The notes beneath the pieces were generated by a model. The model was not told where the DNA came from. It saw only the letters and a program-made list of their open reading frames with translations, and made no database searches. DNA of 15,544 nucleotides, from NCBI GenBank assembly GCA_050298595.1, contig JBNKUM010000044.1:1-15544 (forward strand). Reading direction: 5' to 3'. The position numbers were made by a program, and so were the translations under genes. Origin of the DNA: Gammaproteobacteria bacterium. Lineage in GTDB: Bacteria; Pseudomonadota; Gammaproteobacteria; GCA-001735895. This document shows, in pieces, positions 6,907 to 14,942 of this stretch (position 1 is the first letter of the stretch; every line of letters starts with the position of its first letter).

Positions 6907-8760
6907 ATGTCCTGGACAAAAAAAATATTACGAGTGAACCTCTCTACAGGAACTTGCACCGCCGAAGATTTGAATATGCAGTGGGCCAATGAATACCTTG
7001 GCCAACGCGGTCTGGCTTCCAAATACCTGGCAGAAGAAGTGGATCCGAAATGTGATCCCCTGGGCCCTGATAATAAACTCATCATGGCTACCGGCCCTTT
7101 GACCGGCACCATGGCATCTACGTCAGGGCGCTACTCTGTCATTACCAAAAGCCCTCTCACCGGCGCTATAGCCTGCTCTAACTCGGGCGGTTTTCTGGGC
7201 GCAGAATTCAAAAATGCCGGTTGGGATATGCTGATCTTTGAAGGCAAATCACCAGAGCCGGTGTATCTATGGATCAATAACGACAAGGCAGAGTTACGCA
7301 GCGCTGCTGACATGTGGGGCAAATCGGCCTGGGAAACCGATGATATGCTGCACAAGATCCATCAGGATCCACAGATCCGCATCGCCACCGTAGGCCGCCC
7401 CGCTGAAAGCGGCTGCCTGTACGCAGGCGTCATCAACGACAAACACCGTGCAGCAGGACGTTCTGGCGTCGGCACCGTAATGGCATCCAAGAACCTGAAA
7501 GCCGTCGCGGTGCGCGGCACGCTAGGTGTGGGTAATAACATCAGGGATATTTCCGCCTTCATGAAAGCCGTTAATGATGGCAAGCAGGTACTGGCAGATA
7601 ATGCCGTAACTGGTCAGGGTCTACCCACCTATGGCACACAGGTACTGATGAATGTCATCAATGGCGTAGGTGGTCTACCTGCGCATAATATGCGTGATGT
7701 CGGCTTTAAAGGTGCTGGCAATATCTCCGGTGAAGCCATGCATGAACCACGCGCCAGCGATGGCAAGGCCAACCTGACCACCAATGCGGGCTGTTTTGGT
7801 TGTACGATCGCCTGTGGCCGCATCTCTACAATCGATAAAACCCACTTCTCGGTTGAAAACAAACCCGAATACTGGGGCGCTTCCGGTGGCCTGGAATATG
7901 AAGCTGCCTGGGCAATGGGGGCAGATACCGGTGTCGATGACCTGAATGCCATCACCTATGTAAACTTCCTGACCAACGAAGATGGCTTTGATCCCATCTC
8001 CTTCGGCTGCACCGTCGCAGCCGCGATGGAATTGTTCGAAGAAGGTGTGTTAACCCCCGCCCAGACCGATGGTATCGAATTAAAGTTTGGCTCAGCCGAA
8101 GCCTTTGTCTCAGCTGCTGAGGCTCTGATTGCAGGTACCGATTTCGGTAAAGACCTGGCCATGGGGTCCAGGCGCCTATGTGAGAAATACGGGCGTCCTG
8201 AGCTATCCATGTCGGTCAAGGGTCAGGAATTCCCGGCCTATGATCCTCGCGGTATCCAGGGTATAGGCCTTAACTATGCCACCTCTAATCGAGGTGCCTG
8301 TCATGTACGTGGTTATACTATTGCCTCTGAAGTGCTGGGTATTCCGGTAAAAACCGAACAAACCGATACCGATGGAAAACCTGAACTGGTGAAAGCGTTC
8401 CAGGATGCGACAGCACTGGTCGATTCTTCAGGTCTTTGTCTATTCACTACCTTTGCCTGGGGTATGGACAATATAGCACCGCAAATCGATGGCGCCTGTG
8501 AAGGTGACTGGACGGTTGAGAAATGCCTGGAAGTGGGTGAAAGGGTGTGGAATTTGGAGCGTGACTTCAACAATGCGGCTGGTTTTACCTCCAATGATGA
8601 CAAACTGCCAAAGCGATTACTGGAAGAAGCCATTAAAAGCGGCCCCACCGCAGGTCAGGTCAATCGACTGGGTGAAATGCTGCCCAAGTATTATGAGCTT
8701 AGAGGCTGGACTGATCAGGGTGAACTGACTGCAGAAACCCGTCAGCGCCTGTCTTTATAG
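6907..8760 (+). CDS. aorB: Tungsten-dependent aldehyde oxidoreductase catalytic subunit (AOR family)
   Basis: KSPLTG..SNSGG, AAGRSGVGTVMASKNLKA, CFGCTIAC, GLEYE, VKGQEFPAYDPRG, SNRGACH, YYELRGW. RBS TAAGGAGG. Confidence 0.96.
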   Translation: MSWTKKILRVNLSTGTCTAEDLNMQWANEYLGQRGLASKYLAEEVDPKCDPLGPDNKLIMATGPLTGTMASTSGRYSVITKSPLTGAIACSNSGGFLGAEFKNAGWDMLIFEGKSPEPVYLWINNDKAELRSAADMWGKSAWETDDMLHKIHQDPQIRIATVGRPAESGCLYAGVINDKHRAAGRSGVGTVMASKNLKAVAVRGTLGVGNNIRDISAFMKAVNDGKQVLADNAVTGQGLPTYGTQVLMNVINGVGGLPAHNMRDVGFKGAGNISGEAMHEPRASDGKANLTTNAGCFGCTIACGRISTIDKTHFSVENKPEYWGASGGLEYEAAWAMGADTGVDDLNAITYVNFLTNEDGFDPISFGCTVAAAMELFEEGVLTPAQTDGIELKFGSAEAFVSAAEALIAGTDFGKDLAMGSRRLCEKYGRPELSMSVKGQEFPAYDPRGIQGIGLNYATSNRGACHVRGYTIASEVLGIPVKTEQTDTDGKPELVKAFQDATALVDSSGLCLFTTFAWGMDNIAPQIDGACEGDWTVEKCLEVGERVWNLERDFNNAAGFTSNDDKLPKRLLEEAIKSGPTAGQVNRLGEMLPKYYELRGWTDQGELTAETRQRLSL

Positions 8761-8779
8761 CCGTAGGCTAAATCCATCT

Positions 8780-8819
8780 GTCCCATCCCCGCCTTAACAA
8801 AAAAGGGGATGGGGCTTTT
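8780..8819 (+). terminator. Stem-loop with short U tail between aorB and aorC (weak terminator or mRNA-stabilising hairpin)
   Basis: CCCATCCCC (8782-8790) pairs with GGGGATGGG (8805-8813) around a 14-nt loop, and TTTT follows at 8816-8819. Confidence 0.6.
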
Positions 8820-8847
8820 GCCAACGTTCATAGACCGAGCAACCATC

Positions 8848-10110
8848 ATGCACTACGTTATTATCGGCGCAGGTCCTTCCGGCGTCACTGCAGCAGAAAC
8901 CCTACGCAAACATGACCCTCTGGGTCAGATTGATTTACTCACGTCAGAACCCGAAGCCCCCTATTCTCGTATGGCGATCCCGTATTACATGACCGGCAAT
9001 ATCGACGAACAGGGCTGTCATTTGCGCAATAACGACCAGCACTTTATTGACCTGAAGATTAATATCATCAATGCAATGGTCATCTCGCTCAACAATGCCA
9101 CTAAAACCCTCGAACTCACCAATGGCAACACCCTGAGCTATGACAAGGTGTTGATCGCTACCGGTTCCCGTCCGGCGGTACCGCCCATCCCGGGCGCAGA
9201 TCTGCCTATGGTGAGCAATTGCTGGACCCTGCAGGATGCCAGAGATATCATCCAGCGCGCGCAGTCAGGTAATAAAGTCGTGCTGATTGGTGCGGGCTTT
9301 ATCGGCAGTATCATTCTGGAAGCCCTGTTCCAGCGCGGTGTTGAGTTACATGTCGTCGAAACTGGCAACCGCATGGTGCCACGTATGCTGAATGAAAAAG
9401 CCGGTGGACTGCTAAAAAACTGGTGCATCGAAAAAGGGGTTGATGTGCACACCTCCTGCAGTGTGGAATCCATCGTGGATAATGGAGACGATACAGCGAC
9501 GGTCAGCCTGAGTGATGGCACCGAACTGACAAATATCGCACTGATTATTACCGCAACCGGCGTAAAGTCGAATCTTGAGCTACTACAGGGTAGTGATATC
9601 CAGCTCGATCAGGGCATACTGGTAAATACCAAAATGCAAAGCTCAGACCCCGATGTGTATGCCGCAGGTGACGTGGCACAGGGACTGGACTTCTCAACCG
9701 GTACCTCAACTGTGCAGGCGATACAGCCTACAGCCACCGATCATGGCCGTATTGCTGCTTTGAATATGGCAGGTAAAACCACCACCCATCATGGTTCGGT
9801 GAATATGAATGTTCTGGATACACTTGGATTAATCTCACACTCATTTGGATTATGGATGGGTGTAGAAGGAGGAGATACCGCAGAGCTTTACACACCGGAT
9901 GATTATAAATACCTGAACCTGCAATTTGATAATGACCGACTGGTGGGAGCGAGCTGCAGTGGTATTACACAACATATCGGCATTCTGCGTGGTCTGATCG
10001 AAAGCCGCATTCCACTGGGCGGTTACTGGAAGGATAAACTGCTGCAGGACCCTACTCTATTTGTGGAAGCCTATATGGCCAGTACACAGCAACTGGGTTA
10101 TCACGCATGA
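8848..10110 (+). CDS. aorC: FAD-dependent NAD(P)H oxidoreductase subunit (AorC-like)
   Basis: Two Rossmann motifs (IIGAGPSG, LIGAGFIG), ATGS, and VYAAGD. The start is placed at ATG 8848 (MHYVIIGAG) because ATG 8809 lies inside the hairpin. Confidence 0.88.
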   Translation: MHYVIIGAGPSGVTAAETLRKHDPLGQIDLLTSEPEAPYSRMAIPYYMTGNIDEQGCHLRNNDQHFIDLKINIINAMVISLNNATKTLELTNGNTLSYDKVLIATGSRPAVPPIPGADLPMVSNCWTLQDARDIIQRAQSGNKVVLIGAGFIGSIILEALFQRGVELHVVETGNRMVPRMLNEKAGGLLKNWCIEKGVDVHTSCSVESIVDNGDDTATVSLSDGTELTNIALIITATGVKSNLELLQGSDIQLDQGILVNTKMQSSDPDVYAAGDVAQGLDFSTGTSTVQAIQPTATDHGRIAALNMAGKTTTHHGSVNMNVLDTLGLISHSFGLWMGVEGGDTAELYTPDDYKYLNLQFDNDRLVGASCSGITQHIGILRGLIESRIPLGGYWKDKLLQDPTLFVEAYMASTQQLGYHA

Positions 10111-10358
10111 AGATGCATATCGAGCTGTATGCATCGCTGATGGAGTATTTGCCTCCGGGCAAGGAACGTTTTCGTCGCGATATTGAAGTAGCCGATGGGA
10201 TCAATGTTCAACAGGTCATCGAACAGTTTAATATCAGCGATGAGCAGGCTCATATCGTACTGGTAAATGGACATTTCGTGTGTGGGGATGAACGCTCCAG
10301 CCGAGTTTTAGCCTCTAACGATACGGTAGCGATCTGGCCCCCGGTTGCGGGTGGATAA
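10107..10358 (+). CDS. moaD: MoaD/ThiS-family sulfur carrier protein
   Basis: 83 aa with a ubiquitin-like pattern (VLVNG) and C-terminal PPVAGG. ATGA overlap with aorC. Confidence 0.88.
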   Translation: MKMHIELYASLMEYLPPGKERFRRDIEVADGINVQQVIEQFNISDEQAHIVLVNGHFVCGDERSSRVLASNDTVAIWPPVAGG

Positions 10359-10366
10359 ACAGCTCA

Positions 10367-10681
10367 ATGTTTAATGCTGGCAATGATCCAATAGAGATGG
10401 GCTATACCGTGAGTGAGTTTTCTAACGTATTGCACGGTAACTTCAGCGCAGAGCAATCAGAGTATAGATGCAAGGACCTAAGCCAGTGCAGTTGGTTGAT
10501 CTCACATGAACTCGGGAATTTACAAACTGAGATCAACGTTATACAGAAACCACCCAGAAAACTGGGGTTATTAAAACTGCCTGTGCTGGGCGTTACATTT
10601 AAGCTGATCTCTGGAGAACCTCAGGATGAGCAGCAATTTTTTGAAAAATTCTTCCGTTATTTCCACAAGGGCGGAGGTTAA
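10367..10681 (+). CDS. Small hypothetical protein ending in Gly-Gly-Gly
   Basis: Packed tightly between moaD (8-nt gap) and moeB (6-nt gap). C-terminus FFRYFHKGGG. Confidence 0.8.
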   Translation: MFNAGNDPIEMGYTVSEFSNVLHGNFSAEQSEYRCKDLSQCSWLISHELGNLQTEINVIQKPPRKLGLLKLPVLGVTFKLISGEPQDEQQFFEKFFRYFHKGGG

Positions 10682-10687
10682 GGTTAA

Positions 10688-11431
10688 ATGAATCCCGCTG
10701 ACGAATCGCGCTATGCGCGCCAGATCAAACTCAAACAAATCGGCCCAGAAGGCCAGCAGAAAATCCAGCAAAGCACTGTATTGATTATTGGGATGGGTGG
10801 ACTAGGTTCTCCCGCTGCGTTATATCTTGCAGCTGCTGGAGTCAGGCAGATAATTATCAGCGATTTCGATGTAGTTGAAGAGTCCAATCTTCAGCGCCAG
10901 ATCATCCATGGCCATGCAAATATTGGGCAACTGAAAACCCATTCAGCACGTGAAAGTATTCAGGCCATTAATCCAGACTGCCAGGTTGAATGTATCGATT
11001 ATGAACTGGTCGGTGATACGCTTTTGCAGGAAGTTGAAAAAGCCACCATCGTACTCGATTGTAGCGATAACTTCGCCACCCGATTTGCCGTCAATCGTTA
11101 TTGTGTTAAGACCGAAACCCCACTGGTATCAGCCGCTGCAATTCGCATGGAAGGCCAGATCATGAACTATATTCCACATCATAATGGCCCCTGCTACCAG
11201 TGTCTGTATAACGATCAGTATGAAACCGCACAAAACTGTGAATCGGAAGGTGTACTTGGTCCAGTCGTCGGTGTTATTGGGACTATGCAGGCTTTGAGCG
11301 CTCTTCTCATTCTGATTGGAGAAACGGATCAATTGCTGGGCAAGCTACTATTGTTTGATGGTCTTAGTATGCAATGGCAACAGGTACAAATTCCAAAAAA
11401 CTCAAAATGCCCGGTTTGTTCAACAAATTAA
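10688..11431 (+). CDS. moeB: MoeB/ThiF-family adenylyltransferase
   Basis: RYARQI, IIGMGGLG, SNLQRQ, DCSDNF, and Zn-binding CYQC and CPVC. Confidence 0.94.
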   Translation: MNPADESRYARQIKLKQIGPEGQQKIQQSTVLIIGMGGLGSPAALYLAAAGVRQIIISDFDVVEESNLQRQIIHGHANIGQLKTHSARESIQAINPDCQVECIDYELVGDTLLQEVEKATIVLDCSDNFATRFAVNRYCVKTETPLVSAAAIRMEGQIMNYIPHHNGPCYQCLYNDQYETAQNCESEGVLGPVVGVIGTMQALSALLILIGETDQLLGKLLLFDGLSMQWQQVQIPKNSKCPVCSTN

Positions 11432-11464
11432 GGAAAAAACAGGGCAACTACGCTATTAAAATCA

Positions 11465-12172
11465 TCATGCTGATCTTGACTGATAGTGGGCTATATGGGT
11501 GACACCCTGTCTTTTACCACGTGGATTCAAATTGGTTAGTTTGCAGTTAGACAGCTGTAAGCGTTCATCCTGAAGCGCCAGAAATAGATCCGGATCATGA
11601 CTCGCAATAACCATAGCGGTTCCCTGAGCCTTAAATTCCTTAAGTAATTCGAGAGTTCTAAGTTTAGATGCCTGATCCAGATTGGCAGTAGGCTCATCGA
11701 GTAAAACAGCATGCGGGTTACGTAGATAAGCTCGCGCAATCGCAACACGCTGTTTTTCTCCTCCGGACAGGCTATTCGCATTTTGTTGGAGTAAGTGCCC
11801 TAATCCGGCCCACTCAACAGCCTGAGCAATTTTTTTCTCAGACTGTTTGTCAGGTTTAATGATATAGCGCAGATTTTTGTCAACGCTGGCATCGAACATA
11901 TAGGGCTGTTGATGCAGATAAAGAAAGTTTTTTAGCAATACAGATTTACGCCGCTTAATCTTCTGGTCTCTTTCCTTTACACGCAGGAAACCAGAATCAG
12001 GATAGCTTAGACCAGCAAGAATTTTGAGCAGTGTGGTTTTACCCACACCATTCTCTCCCACCAGTATCGTACATTGTGTATTCCTGATTTTAATTCGAGC
12101 ATCAAGAATGACTGATTTTGTACCGAAAGATTGATTCACACCGTGAAAATAATACTCAAAATCATCCTGCAT
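11465..12172 (-). CDS. tupC: Tungstate ABC transporter ATP-binding protein
   Basis: Walker A GENGVGKT, signature LSGGEKQR, Walker B LLDEPT, and H-loop SHD. It starts 14 nt downstream of tupA. Confidence 0.85.
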   Translation of the reverse strand: MQDDFEYYFHGVNQSFGTKSVILDARIKIRNTQCTILVGENGVGKTTLLKILAGLSYPDSGFLRVKERDQKIKRRKSVLLKNFLYLHQQPYMFDASVDKNLRYIIKPDKQSEKKIAQAVEWAGLGHLLQQNANSLSGGEKQRVAIARAYLRNPHAVLLDEPTANLDQASKLRTLELLKEFKAQGTAMVIASHDPDLFLALQDERLQLSNCKLTNLNPRGKRQGVTHIAHYQSRSA

Positions 12173-12186
12173 AATCTGTACGGCGC

Positions 12187-13038
12187 TTAGTTATTAACGA
12201 CACTACTGGTATTAGCATTGGGTGTAAACAATACCTGATTAAATTTCTTATATTTACCAATCAGATCCTGCCCATGTTTGGATGTTATCCAGTTAATTAA
12301 TGCCATAGCACCTTTGTTATTAATATCTGGATATCGCTCTGGATTGACGGCAATAATGCCATAAGGGTTGAAAAGCAGGCTATCGCCTTCATAAGCAATC
12401 TGCATCTGAACCTTATTCTGATAGCTCAACCAGGTGCCTCTATCGGTTAAGGTATAGGCCTCCAGTTCATTAGCCATTTGTATGACCTTACCCATACCCT
12501 GGCCAGCTTCGCGATACCAGTCGCCTTTAGGATCGATATTAACGGCTTGCCAGATTTTCTTTTCCTTTTTGTGCGTACCTGAATCATCACCGCGTGATAC
12601 AAACAGGCTTTTGGTATCTTTTATACGTTTAAAAGCATCATTAATTGAAGTGCTGTTTTTTAAGTTAGCAGGATCTGAAGGACTGCCAATGATGACAAAA
12701 TCGTTGTACATGACAGGGTATCGTTTTACCCCATACTTTTGATCCACAAAGTCTTTCTCAGCACCTGGTGCGTGTACCAGTACTACATCAACATCGCCAT
12801 CACGTCCTAGACGTAGTGCCTTACCGGTACCCACAGCGATCACATGTACCTCATAGCCTGTGTCATTTTTAAATTCCGGCAGAAGATAATTTAACAATCC
12901 CGAATTTTCAGTACTGGTTGTGGTTGCCATACGAATGGGTTGCTTAGAGGTAGATGACTCTGTTGCGGCCTGCACCGAAGAAAATAAAAAGGTTAAAAAT
13001 AGAAAAAGAGCTGTCAGTTTCAATGTTTTCATAATCAT
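12187..13038 (-). CDS. tupA: Tungstate ABC transporter substrate-binding protein
   Basis: Signal peptide, the TupA-type TTTS motif (ATTTSTENSGLL), GTGKAL, SRGDDSGTH, and DRGTW. The start may be ATG 13032. Confidence 0.94.
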   Translation of the reverse strand: MIMKTLKLTALFLFLTFLFSSVQAATESSTSKQPIRMATTTSTENSGLLNYLLPEFKNDTGYEVHVIAVGTGKALRLGRDGDVDVVLVHAPGAEKDFVDQKYGVKRYPVMYNDFVIIGSPSDPANLKNSTSINDAFKRIKDTKSLFVSRGDDSGTHKKEKKIWQAVNIDPKGDWYREAGQGMGKVIQMANELEAYTLTDRGTWLSYQNKVQMQIAYEGDSLLFNPYGIIAVNPERYPDINNKGAMALINWITSKHGQDLIGKYKKFNQVLFTPNANTSSVVNN

Positions 13039-13075
13039 GTTTATTGCTTTCTTTGTTACGTTATTAATAGAAAAC

Positions 13076-13212
13076 CAGTTTAAATAGTTTATTCAGATAG
13101 TTTTGTAGTAATTCTAGCGCTAGAACAGTCAAAACTTTCACAATCTCGCTGCCCAGGGTTAATAAATACACTGCTTCAAAACTATTTAAACTGTACCTGA
13201 ATCAGATAGTTC
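13076..13212. promoter_or_regulatory. Repeat-rich putative operator region upstream of tupA
   Basis: Perfect 15-bp inverted repeat (13076-13090/13179-13193), 10-bp direct repeat TCAGATAGTT (13093-13102, 13202-13211), and 14-bp palindrome TTCTAGCGCTAGAA (13112-13125). Confidence 0.55.
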
Positions 13213-13463
13213 TGCCAATTAATAAAAAACGGAGGCACCCTGTTTTTGGGCGAAATTAGCGAAATGCAAGTACAGAGTTCAAGGTCACCCTGCACTGTGG
13301 ACCCGAAATGATAGAAGATGAAAAAATAATCAAAGAACAGCTGGGATAAATAGAGCTTAGTACAATCGATTCCTGATAATAAGTATTCGTCAGTGCTTTT
13401 CTATAATATAATATTTTTTCCATCGAGCACACTATCCGGTTTAATACTGAGGTTGAAGAGGCC

Positions 13464-13814
13464 ATGAAAATTGAAGGTATCTGGACAGCGGAAGTTTACG
13501 GACCGTTTGGTTGGGAAAACATAGGAATAATGATTTTTGAGCAAGGACGGATTATTGGCGGTGGTAATAGACATTACTCATCTGGCAGTTACTCCATTTC
13601 CGAAGACGATTTTAATGCCAGTATCGAAGTTCATTATTACGGACCACCTCGCACCATGTTTGGTGAATCATCCGAATCTTTTTCTAACTTGATAACAGGT
13701 AAACGAAACCAGGACACCATTGAAGGTTTGATCAAACGTCCGGATAAACCCCAATACGAAATTCGGGTAAGATTAACTCGTCGCATGGATGTACCACCAC
13801 ACAAAACAGAATAA
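13464..13814 (+). CDS. Small beta-barrel protein, GrlR-like/hypothetical
   Basis: N-terminal EGIW, G-x-x-x-F-x-x-G-x-I-x-GG and Y-x-x-GSY patterns resemble the GrlR family. RBS GAGG. The family assignment is from recall. Confidence 0.6.
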   Translation: MKIEGIWTAEVYGPFGWENIGIMIFEQGRIIGGGNRHYSSGSYSISEDDFNASIEVHYYGPPRTMFGESSESFSNLITGKRNQDTIEGLIKRPDKPQYEIRVRLTRRMDVPPHKTE

Positions 13815-13929
13815 TTAAAACTACTATCCAAAGAAATCAGGCTCGTTTGAATGTTAACTTTGGGTGGTAAGTTCTCATTGAGGGGCAGAGCCTGAATGAC
13901 TTTTTAGCTGGAAATGGTCATTCTGAGCC

Positions 13930-14058
13930 CAGGATCATTTAACCTGGATTCTGCAGTTGACCGCTGTAATAGCCCGCTATTCCGCGTCGTCACGCCTTGA
14001 TCTACACCACAAACGTATACAACTCGTCCAACTACGCATTCCAGGTTTAAGACTCTAG
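13930..14058. mobile_element. MITE-like remnant with imperfect terminal inverted repeats
   Basis: AACCTGGATTCTGCAGTTG (13941-13959) matches the reverse complement of 14029-14047 (AACCTGGAATGCGTAGTTG) at 15/19. Non-coding, between convergent genes. Confidence 0.5.
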
Positions 14059-14065
14059 AAAAATT

Positions 14066-14121
14066 GCAACATTTCTTTACACCCCAACTAATGTAAAGCT
14101 ATCTATCAATGTTTGAGTTGC
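14066..14121 (-). terminator. Stem-loop downstream of the GNAT gene (possible terminator)
   Basis: CTTTACA (14075-14081) pairs with TGTAAAG (14092-14098), extended by AACATT/AATGTT. The T-run is short. Confidence 0.35.
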
Positions 14122-14125
14122 GTAA

Positions 14126-14611
14126 CTACATCGCTGAGCCAACGGTGGGTTCATAACTCATTTTAATCAGCGCTACAGCCTCATCATTCAGGTTTTTTCG
14201 GGCTTCGATTTCATACGGTATAAAACCGATTTTTGTATACAATAAAAGGGCTTTGCTGTTATTGCTGAAGACTGATATATGTGGGGTGGCATTATACTCA
14301 AACACACAGATTTTAATCATATGATGAGTCAATGCTGTTCCGATGCCCATTCCCTTAAATTGATCAGATACAATAACGTTGCCTATAAAGGTGGTATCAT
14401 TCGGTATAACGTCATACAGATTGGCGAATGCGGCAACAGTCCCATTAACCAGACATGCCGTCAGATTTTTTCTCTTCTTTGCAATCTTTTCAAGCTGTTC
14501 AATATCCCAGGGGTATTTGGCTGTTGGTGCGACTAGATACAGTTCTTCGGGTGAAGAAACCAGATTAATTATTTGATTATAATGCTGTTTTGTTGCGGGG
14601 ATGAATTCCAC
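14126..14611 (-). CDS. GNAT-family N-acetyltransferase
   Basis: Motif A (VIVSDQFKGMGIG) and motif B (NSKALLLYTKIGF). GTG start. Confidence 0.88.
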   Translation of the reverse strand: MEFIPATKQHYNQIINLVSSPEELYLVAPTAKYPWDIEQLEKIAKKRKNLTACLVNGTVAAFANLYDVIPNDTTFIGNVIVSDQFKGMGIGTALTHHMIKICVFEYNATPHISVFSNNSKALLLYTKIGFIPYEIEARKNLNDEAVALIKMSYEPTVGSAM

Positions 14612-14710
14612 GTTTGATAATTTCCATGACTGGGGTAGTCATTTATACCACGCTTAACCACACCCTAAATTGATAAGCGTCAAACCATTCACCATCATTC
14701 CAATACGTTA

Positions 14711-14910
14711 AGGCACCTCTGATCAATTATGTTGTATCTCTGGCTCACAGGCTGATGCGCAATCAAGGCGCAACTTTGAAAGTATGCGTCTGCCTGGCAA
14801 GAAGTTGTAAAGCTCGGCGCATCCTGCTCCCGCCCCTTACCTACTTATCCATGTAGGCGACGCAGAGTGCGCATCAGCCTGTAAGCCCCGTAGGGCGAGC
14901 CCTGAAGTAT
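14711..14910. mobile_element. Truncated MITE-like palindromic element containing mini-element copy D (14811-14859)
   Basis: 19/20 inverted repeat 14742-14761/14868-14887 with inner CAACTT/AAGTTG. It starts with the TIR-like GGCACCTCTGA, whose partner is absent. The right boundary is approximate. Confidence 0.55.
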
Positions 14911-14942
14911 AGAGCCCAGTTTGACTATGACTGTACCCATAC

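Noticed and set aside
6481-9521. Antisense and alternate-frame ORFs within aorABC
   Set aside because: Typical shadow ORFs of strongly supported genes.
6411-11431. Selenocysteine recoding or frameshifts in the aor operon
   Set aside because: All ORFs look full length. The TGA ending aorC is an ATGA overlap with moaD.
13040-13320. Moco/Tuco riboswitch upstream of tupA
   Set aside because: Only a short CAGGGTGCCTCCG resemblance on the minus strand; the multi-stem consensus could not be built by eye. An Rfam scan would settle it.
14652-14713. attC site upstream of the GNAT gene (GTTAAGC core on the minus strand)
   Set aside because: The L''/L' boxes are not complementary, and no attC follows the GNAT gene.
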